Assembly: GCA_951406725.2 (NCBI GenBank)
Contig: OX597825.1
Span: 38,564,001 to 38,628,000 of the forward strand
From: Octopus vulgaris
Lineage: Eukaryota
DNA length: 64,000 bases
Direction of reading: 5' to 3'
Under the pieces are notes generated by a model. The model was given only the letters and a program-made list of their open reading frames with translations. It was not told where the DNA came from and searched no databases. A program made the position numbers and the translations under genes. This document shows positions 54,340-64,000 of this stretch, piece after piece (the stretch's first letter is position 1; each line of letters begins with the position of its first letter).

Positions 54340-54719
54340 AAAATATTCATACATATGTATGTATGTATCATCTATCTATATATCTAACTATCTGTATGAA
54401 TGTATGCTTGGGATCGAGTATGCGTGTATTTATTTCTATGAACCAATATCTATGTCTGCGTATTATCCTACATTCCCTAAATGACATTGTTCAATTTGCA
54501 CTCCGTTTTATTAGGTAACATTGTAGCAATAGCGGTATGGTAAACCGCATACGTTAGCGTATTGCTTGAATATATAATGACAGTTCACATAATATAACTT
54601 GGGAAACTATTGTTGAAGCATAAATATGTTTAAGAAATGCTTACTTCTACTTTGAGGATTGAAATTTTGAATCAATTCAATGTTTTTTAATGCACATGTT
54701 GTGAAATTGTTGGTACAAC

Positions 54720-55070
54720 GTCCTACATAAACTGTTAACGCAAGTGAAACGTGGGTTACTACGGAGAGCATGGAACACTGTTTGGCTTCGATTTAAATTG
54801 AAGGAAAATACACGTTAGGAACTTCATCAAAAGAGCACTATCGAAGGGAATTGATTTGGAAAAAACTCAGTGAACGATGTGATTTCAGAGTAAGGTATGC
54901 CTAAATTCTGCTTGGCCGGACATGTTGCTACGTCCACAGACAAGAAGTGGATTCGAGCAGTTGGTCTGTGATATCGAAGAGAACTGACAAGTCCTCTTGG
55001 AAGCCGTCTACGACGTTGGGAAGGTTGCTTCGTTGGGCAATTCGAGGTTTAAAAGACTGGTGGAATCATC
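54720..55070 (+). mobile_element. Highly decayed RTE-clade LINE 3' fragment
   Basis: ASETWVTT; LAGHVATSTDKKWIRAV..YRRE..SPLGSRLRRWE, similar to the RTE motif WAGHV.R..D.RW....W.PR..KRP.GRP..RW. Confidence 0.7.
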
Positions 55071-55247
55071 ACAAAACCGGAAGTGCATTGTGACCCGTGT
55101 TATATAATATAATCTAATGGTCTGGTCGCTACTGTGATATATATATATATATATATATATAGATATATAGATATACACAATATAGATATATAGATATACA
55201 CACATACATATACATATGAACGCACACAAACACATGGCTATATATAG

Positions 55248-55295
<48 letters not shown>

Positions 55296-55869
55296 TTGTA
55301 AGGAAACGCACCGATTATCCAAGAGGAATCAATAGCACAAACATTTTAACATTTAAGTATGTCACATAATATATCTTGCAGACTGCCTTCGTTGTTTGTA
55401 CTATTCATAATGAATGAATGTTTTGCTTTGTAAATTTTTTAACTATCATTACAGTTCACAACAGTCGACTTTTCATACCATTATTCGTCATAAAAGGCTC
55501 ATTATTTTCACCGATAAATAATGAAATGTTTATCATATATTTCCCAGTATCTAAATAATAGGAACAATTTAAAATTCCATTGTTTCATTCCTGCGTATAT
55601 GGTTATATGTAAACTTAACAGAATTTGCCTGGAATTCATTTGCTTTGGATTACTCTCCTTCCTTGGCAAAGCGACAGCCCTGTTTTGTACAATATAATTT
55701 TCCAGGCGATGGAACGTACCATTACAAATTTGTCTTTTACTGTGAATGTTTGTCTATCTTTAAGCCTGAAAACTGATCCTTCGGTCATATTAAAGCAAGT
55801 ACGTTAATTCGGCCATAAACACATACATACACTTACCCGGGTACAAGAACAAATATATATATATATGGT

Positions 55870-56035
55870 GGTTTCAAATCTTGGCACAACGCCAACAATA
55901 TCCGGGATAAGTCAATCACATCAACCTAATGTTTAGCTGGGACTTATATAATCGAAGCGTACGTAGATGGAATTTGATTTCAGGTCGTAAAGACGGATGG
56001 GAAGGCATGCTAACGAATCTGCTAGTTCATCGCCA
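55870..56035 (-). mobile_element. SINE (10831 family), internally deleted
   Basis: gtttcaaatcttggcacaacgcc...ggaatttgatttcaggtcgtaaagacgga...gcatgctaacgaatctgctagttcatcgcc is the reverse complement of the family pattern. Confidence 0.75.
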
Positions 56036-56156
56036 AACACGCATATATATATATGAATATATATATATATATATATCTCTATCTACCTACCTATCTCTAT
56101 ATATATATATATATCTACCTATCTCGCTCTCTTTCTATCTCTCCCACTCTCTCTCC

Positions 56157-56192
<36 letters not shown>

Positions 56193-57003
56193 TATAGTAA
56201 ACTAAATGCAACGTGCAGTTGATTGTATGACTAATTATGTCAAAAATGCTGAGAAGCTGAAAATTTCTGGTATAAAACTTCTGGAGTTTAAGGACGCTAT
56301 AATTTCTAAGCCTAGTCCAAGGTGAGTCCAATAAATCTTAAAATAAAGAGCACAATGTACAATTTTTGTAAATGACGGTTGACCTAACTAGATAAAACTT
56401 CCTAGAAGTTCCCTTACGCAATGGTATTATAGACGAAAGCATATTTCAAATACGAAACCAAGAAATTTCAATTAATTAATGTTACACCTACAGTGATTAC
56501 ATTGATAATTCTATAAAATGTTTAAATCTTGGGAAAAGTTTATTGTATAACTAAGCAAAAATCAAAAAATTAATGTGGACCACCACATCATATTTTGTTC
56601 TGCGAAAACATTCCTGAAAATTGTCACATCGTTTGTAGGTCAATAACGAAACAAATATATTCGCACTTTTATCACGTTATTTTATTGTTATATTAAATTG
56701 ACTGCATTTTGTACCAGATGTAGTAATGTAAATATAACTTGTTCTAATTATTATGTGTGCCACGTTATATTACTTTTTTATGTAGCAGATGTTCCTTCCT
56801 AGATTTCTGAAATTATCCTCCAATTCATATATACACGGATGCGTACAGGTATACACACATCACACACACATGCGCGTGCAAATATACATACACACATACA
56901 CGTGCACACGCACGTGCACATACACAGAAATATACACATGCGTAGAAACACACTCAGGCATACATACATATATATATATATATATGTATGTATTTATATA
57001 TAG

Positions 57004-57034
<31 letters not shown>

Positions 57035-58529
57035 TATGTATATGCACACCCACACACTGACACACCAACCCCCACATAGATATGTACACACACAAAAAAA
57101 ACATGGTTGTCTCAAAAAGACAAGCTGTTTATGTCCGCACTCGTTTCAGAGTTTCAGTTTAGTGGATTCACAGATAAATAACTATAATTTCAAGTTTCCA
57201 AGAGATTGAGTTTCTGGCTGATGCTGGTGTCGGTATTGGATAAATATTTGTCATTTATATAAGTTTCCGTTCCTTTCCTTGGTTGTAGTTAATATCAATA
57301 TATTCCAATATACTCTCTTGCACATTAATGTGTTAATGATTATATATTATGTACAATAACCTTTCTCGTATCTCCTAGCATTAGGATATGTATTATTTGA
57401 ATTAGGTCTCACATCATGGAATATTGCAATAATCGGTCACTCTTTCATATACAACTATTCTTCAAACAGCTTTATCGATACAAGACAACATGAAATTCAA
57501 ATATTTTGCGTTTGATGTTGGATGGTTAAACATGCCACCAGACAAAGACGGCATATTGTTTCTAGTTTATGCTTTATAAATATTCCAGATAAAGACGTTC
57601 CTTTCTTTCATATAAGAAATAAAATGTCTTAGTCTACAACATTGTTTTCTTTTACATCAGATATATGTACATGGTGAATATGGTGAAAAATGTTTATGCT
57701 GTCATTATTAACACAATTGTAATGTTATTCAAACAAGTAATCTTATCTATATTCTTAATGTTCTTTATGATGATTTATTTCATGTATTTATTTATACCTT
57801 TATTTTTACTATTTTATCAAGTTGACTTGCTGTAACTTGTAATAATACTTTCTTTGATTTACATAATCTGTTTATATTTTTTGTGCAGTTTTTAGTATTG
57901 TTATTGTACTGTTGCAATATATCAGCAACTTTCAAGCACAATCAATAGAGATTTACTTAAATATAATAATGTTTATCTATTCTTATTATTTCGAACTTTC
58001 ATTAATTTTCTTTGTGACTCAATACCGCCTGAATCAACATGGCGTCGGATATATCACTTAGGAGACGACAGACTGCATTCAAATAAGCTTCTATATAAGC
58101 TGCTGCAGTCTATGACAAAGACACGAAACTGTGTGGATTAGTTTAAATAGATGTAAATATTTCTTTCGTTACATAGAGAATATCATTAGAAATAGAATGA
58201 AAATGTTGTTTTGTTGCCAAGTTTTGTTCTCTTACTTTCTACGTATATTGTATGTTGTAGGCAACAAGTAATTGACAAAAGTTTGGTAAATCATGATACA
58301 ATTCATGATGTTGAAATATTCAACAGGTTTTCCTATGATTCCCATCAGTGGATGCAGTTTTAAAATCTTATGGTCAATAAAAGTAGTGATGCCTTAGATT
58401 GGGTGGCAATATATTTCTTTACGGACTTCATTATTGTAAAGAACTTAACTACTTGGATATATATTCAGAAAAGACGAGGGAAAATAATCTTAATAAAAAT
58501 TATTATGACTATTATTATTGTTGTGAATT

Positions 58530-58628
58530 ACTCGAGTCCCAGTGAATTACTCGCAACACAAGGTCATGATGCTCCCCGGTCACTAAGGAACATACTCAAA
58601 TGGTTAAGGTCACGCATCTGACAAATTC

Positions 58629-58698
<70 letters not shown>

Positions 58699-59330
58699 AT
58701 TATTGTTGTTGTTGTTGTTATCATATTGGTGATGAGGAGAAGGATGACGATGACGACAATTGAAATTTGGTGTTATGTCAAAATTAAGTACAATGTATGA
58801 CCACTCATATATATCATTTTTATATCTCGACGTATTAAAAATGACGGTTGCTTATTTCGAGGCTCTTGAAGTAAAACCCACTAAACAAACAACAGTACAC
58901 TATCTTTGGATGATGTGCTTGGAGAGGTCGAACTATGTAATTAGGTAGTTGAATGCTGTTCGGAGATTAGCATTCTCCGATTTGGAGCAGAATTATTATA
59001 TTTGTCTTTTAACAGTAAATGCTATTTCCTATTTTCTTCTGTCTTGAAATCAATGGAAATAATTTCTATTCCCTTCAGACTATGCTTTTGTGATCTGAGA
59101 ATCATTGTTTTGAAACTGACCTATTTTCCAATGTATTTCGGACTGATTCAGCACTGAATTTCTGAAGCGGAAACATCTTTATAGCAATTATTGTGTTCAG
59201 TACCTTAGATTTACTTGTCAGTTGCTTGACCTTAACCACTTGAGCATGTACTGTAGTGGCTGACTATATGTATATTTCTTATCATGATCAGGAGTAGTGG
59301 GAGAGTTTCATAACCATATGTTGTATAAAT
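58530..59330. repeat. Inverted pair of the same interspersed repeat (58530-58630 and 59205-59330) flanking an (ATT)n tract
   Basis: Reverse complement of the left copy, tagaatttgtcagatgcgtgaccttaaccatttgagtatgttccttagtg, versus the right copy, tagatttacttgtcagttgcttgaccttaaccacttgagcatgtactgtagtg. Confidence 0.8.
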
Positions 59331-61813
59331 GTAACGAAACAAAGTTTGAAGGAATTATTAGCCACCTTTCATACATTCTGGGAAGTTCATTCTAGGAAAT
59401 AGGAAATACAACCTAAAGACAAAATATTTCAATGAAACAGAGGGAAGAAGTCAAAAGCTATACGTTAAACTTGAAAAAGAAAGTTGGTAATTATATTCCT
59501 GTTTGCATATGATTCAGTATCGGTAAATCACAGATAATTCTATGCACAGTATAATTTCTATCGCCACCAATTAAATCACAGAGCAAAAAGCCAGATCAAA
59601 TGAATAATCGTTTCTAGAATAAAACTCATGAAAGTAAAATTGCATTAGTTTTTAAAAAAATTTTAAATGGGAAAGAAACCATGAAACATTCTTTTTCATA
59701 TTAGTAGCAGTTATTAACCTACTCAGCAAACTATCATTGAATCCATAGTCTGATTTCAGATAGGATAGCTCTAAATTAAAGATACGGTTAACTCACCAGC
59801 ATTGGGAGTTACAATTATGCGAGCTTCCATCAACAAGAATACGTGATAATGACTCTCGAACTGTGTGATAACTATTCTCCACTACTCGACAATTTTTTTT
59901 ATAATTATATCGACTTCTATCGAATTATATCAAGGCCGTAATGTGTGGCTTACAGAAAGTGATATGTTGTCATTTTGATGAAATGTGAAGTTAATTAAAA
60001 TAGAGGCGACGTCACCGAATCAGCAATACCCTATTTCATAGTAATAGATTTTTTTCATCTGTAAGTCAAACTTCGTTTAGGAGAGTTAAGGGGAAGAGTA
60101 TTCATGTACAATATATTTCTGCATGTCAAATATTTTCGAAAGTTTAGATAGTAGGGAGCAACAAGAAGTTCCTTGGGTTTTTTCACTTCTTGAGGAATCA
60201 TCTAGCGGCTTTTGGAAGTTCGTGGAAATATTTTTCCTTTCGTCGTTAATCGTATTCTTCCTTGATATTTGTTGACCCTTTCCTTAATAACTCTAGTCCG
60301 TCTTCACCAATTGCAGTCCTTATATTCTAACAGATTTTGGATAAAACGCTGTAGTATTCGTATCACTTCGAAGCACCGGCATTATATTCTTCAAATTCTA
60401 CTGTTCACATGTAATTTTTATTTCAGTGTCAGGTTAACTACTTCTTTCACTCTATGTCTCTGAAACACACTACATCAAATTAACCATATTGTCTTTAACT
60501 TAGACAGACACAACAAAACATTCCTCAAAATGCAAAAAATTTGAATAGATTTTGGTTCAATATTTTCTATAATCCACAGTTTCAGGGGTTAAAAGAAAAA
60601 ATATATACAGCCCAGTTTTATATATGTATAGACACGGGGTCGCGTGAGATAATGTAGGAAATAAATAGTGATTTTCTACGGAATTCAAGGAACTATGTTT
60701 TCAAGCAACTATGTATCAATAGCGAACGAATATTAACAGTTCCTCATTTATAGATCACATAGACACCAAAGCTAAATTCATTGTGGCGCAATTTCAACAA
60801 AGAATGGCTGAGAATTTTAATGTAATACAGGGTGATGTTTTATGAGTTCATCATCATTTTAAAGTAAAGATTATCGCAATGTTTGTAACAGTATTCCTTT
60901 AGCCTACACTTTAAGAGGAAATATATATGCATGTGTTCCTTTCCCCGCTTTTCCTTCCTGAATTCTAATGGAAATCTTCGAAGATATTTCCCTGACGACA
61001 AACATAATCTTTATATACTTTATTCTAATGATCATTGTTGAACGTCGATATTTCGCTCCCAAAAAAGTCCCACTTGTTAAATGTTGCTTATTATCTCATT
61101 CAAGTGTGGACTTTAAATTATTTGAATATATTACATAAATCTGCTTTTGTGCAAAATCTATTTCACTTGCTTGTCATGGATATATCGATTGCATCTTTAC
61201 ATCTTGATTCATCTGCACAGTTTTGCAATGCAATAAGTTTCAGTATATATATATATATACATGTAGTTTAAATGTGTATTTCATGCTATAGAAACAGCGA
61301 AAATTGTGTTAGAAATATTAAAGATAATATCAATATTGGCAGTGGAACGAAGTTATTGCTCTTGGCCCTAATAAATTTGGGGTCATCTTTTTTGAACACT
61401 GAATGTGCAAATTTTAAAATAAACTTCAGATTTTTTTCTTATAGAAATATTTGAAAGAGTAAAAATGATTACTGAAGTAATTTCTTAAACCCACTAATTC
61501 TCTGATAATCATAGCTAAAGTGATATTTTGTTCAAGTATGTGCCCATGTGTCGTGTGTATTATTGTTGCAGCTACGGGTTTAACATAGAAACTTACATTT
61601 CAAGAACGAGAGTGTACTTGATTTTCGCAAAATGTTATATTTTCTCCGAAGCCTAGCAATTTTGGTCCACCGCAAAAGCCAGTGTGTAAGACTAACAAAG
61701 GTATGCATTATTTAGCGCAAGACAGAGATTAGTTAATAAACGTTATATAATAGAGCATTAGATATTCTAGTAGGTACATTCAGCAGCATTAATAATATTT
61801 ATTTCTTACATAA

Positions 61814-62258
61814 GGGGACGAGCAGGCAGAATCTTTACCATCTGAGCAAAATGTTGAGCAGCATTTTGCCCGTCTCAACTTTCTGAGTTAAAATTCCGAC
61901 GAGGTCAACTTTGATTTTCAGCCTTTCGAGGTCGATAAATTAAGTAATAGTTGAGGCCTGGGCTCAATGTTATTGACATACCCACTTGTCCGAAATTACT
62001 GGCATTCTGATGAAATTTGAAACTGGTATTTATTTGTGATATAAGGTGGCGAGCTGGCCGAAACCTTACCATACCTGGCAAAATACTAAGCAGTATTTCG
62101 TGCGTCGCTTCGTACTGAGTTCAAATTCAGCAACGGTCAAATTTGCCTTTCCTTCTTTCGAGTCGTTAACTTAAAACTTGAAATCTTGACTTGACTTAAC
62201 TCACTTATACCCTCCCTAGAAATTGTTGGCGTTGTTCCGAAATTTGAAATCAAATATA
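61814..62258 (+). mobile_element. Head-to-tail tandem pair of tRNA-derived SINEs (61814-62030 and 62044-62258)
   Basis: Both start ataagg..cgagc.ggc.gaa..cttacca, contain tgagtt.aaattc..c.a.ggtcaa.tttg..ttt and end aaatttgaaa. Confidence 0.85.
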
Positions 62259-63714
62259 CATTTCTTATATTGTTAGAGGGACATGCATTTCTCTTGAGTG
62301 TTCATGCGATTAAAGCAGATAATTTAAGACAGGCTCTTTTTATCGAACCAAAAATAATGAATGGTAAATCTATGTCGAACCGAGTGTGTTTTTCACTATT
62401 ACAGGTTTGATGAATTAAGTTGCGGTCTAATATTCTGGTCGATTTAAAAGGCGCCATTCATCTAATTTGTCTGGCTCTGTAACAATAAAAAACAAAGCTT
62501 CATTATTAAAAACTTTTTTGCCACACTGTACAACGCCTGTCGAGCTATTATGTATGAGTTAGAGAAAGACAAAGCAACTAAATGCTTTGAACTCGGTTTG
62601 TGCTACATATTTCGTAGAATATTGAACATTTCTATACATCACAAATATACGTTGTTTAACTATATGATTTGTTATATACCCGGTATTAAATTTAATAAAA
62701 TTTGTTAATGTTGTATTTTACATAAAAACGTAATACAAACGCAATGCTACATGTAAGCATAAACTTAGAATTGAATAATTGGATGCATAATGTTATATTA
62801 AATATTGATTTGTAAGTGGTTATATATATTAAATTACTAAGTAGCTTATGAATATATTTTTAAATATATTGAGAAAACAACTGTTTATCGTATGCGGCGT
62901 AAATTTGCAATTATCCTGGAAACGTACACACTATGAGAGAATCCATCAAAGAAAGTGTACACAAGAAGTCAGTAAAAACTTCTAGGGATTATGGTGCCCT
63001 AAAAAGTTTCCTAGGATTGTTTTTTCTTATGTAGTTGGTTTTATTTTTTTTATAACAGAATAGTTTTCGTTTTAAGCTGTTATAACTTTCCACTTCCGAT
63101 ATGTTGATTTTTGTGCATATTTACATTAAAAGATTTTTATTGAAATATTTTATCCTGGAATACCCAAATGTAAATAAATATTATAGACATCTGTTTGTCT
63201 CAGAGTGCGATTATTGGTCGATTTTCCTGAATTATGTGGTCTATGTTAACTGATAAATCACAATGTACGGTTACATTAACTATTTTTAACACAAGTTCTG
63301 GTCAGAGAGCATGTCATTTCGTGTCCTTTTTATTTCGTTATAGATGTGTGTTGCATATTTGCTACCGTATGCTTTGGCTATAGTCGAAAGTTTGAAATGG
63401 CATAATCTGTTGTTCATACAATTAGTCGCATAAACTAAATTTGGGGATCTTCACCGTTTTTAATAAATTCATGTAAACAAGTTTTAATAAGAGCATCAAT
63501 AAGAATTTATTGTAACTATGATTTCTCACTGTGGAATGTCAAGAATTAGTTGTATCAAACTAAAAGCATGGAAAATTTCGGTAATTCTTTCATTCCATGT
63601 AAGATATAAATTTTTCTTACCTGAATTACAAAGTTACACATGTAGAAAAGGTATGCATAACATCTTTTATCTATAATATTTCTGACAAAGATTTAAAGCA
63701 TAATTAAAAATTTG

Positions 63715-63835
63715 CTGCTGCTGAATTTTATTGCTTAGGTGCAGTTTATCCACGCCTATGTTCTGAGTTCAAATTCCATCGAAATTGACTTTCCATTTCC
63801 TCCTTTAGTGTTCCATGAAATAAGTATCAGGAAGC
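63715..63835 (+). mobile_element. Partial SINE (10831 family)
   Basis: gttctgagttcaaattccatcgaaattgactttccatttcctcc...aaataagtatcag. Confidence 0.65.
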
Positions 63836-63896
63836 GTGCCTATATTTGTAAGGATTATATGTGCGTGTGTGTATTCATGTATGTTTGTGTTTATAT

Positions 63897-63935
<39 letters not shown>

Positions 63936-64000
63936 GTGTTTGTGTGCGTAGAGAGAGAGAAAGTGATGTATCTATATATATATACATGCATACATAGTGA

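Noticed and set aside
60130-60592. Possible piggyBac end (ggggTTAA)
   Set aside because: No matching left TIR or clear transposase motif found.
63532-63597. miR-1-like sequence (tggaatgtcaagaatta) in an imperfect hairpin
   Set aside because: It sits on the 5' arm whereas miR-1 is a 3p product, has several mismatches and a ~33-nt loop; likely chance in AT-rich DNA.

Overview
AT-rich, repeat-dense eukaryotic (animal) non-coding DNA. The abundant (TA)n/(CA)n/(TATC)n tracts and the tRNA-derived SINE families resemble those of octopus/coleoid cephalopod genomes (inference from repeat content). No intact host protein-coding gene, true tRNA/rRNA gene or CRISPR array is recognisable, and most ORF-track entries are microsatellite translations. 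Recognisable content: decayed transposons (mariner x4, RTE LINE x2, an R4/Dong-type RLE LINE 3' end beside a (TAA)n tract, Penelope-like elements with RT and GIY-YIG, tandem Helitrons, a Helentron/DINE-like element), many SINEs, two long nearly loop-less palindromes and one GC/CpG-rich island (13.7-14.25 kb). Most notable observations: several minimal hammerhead-ribozyme motifs of the Penelope-terminal-repeat type (one with a compensatory U3-A8 pair), a Penelope-like insertion laid out like a twin-priming 5' inversion, and a tRNA-like B-box upstream of a hammerhead in a Penelope 3' end. I cannot demonstrate a wholly new biological system from sequence alone; these are the best leads.
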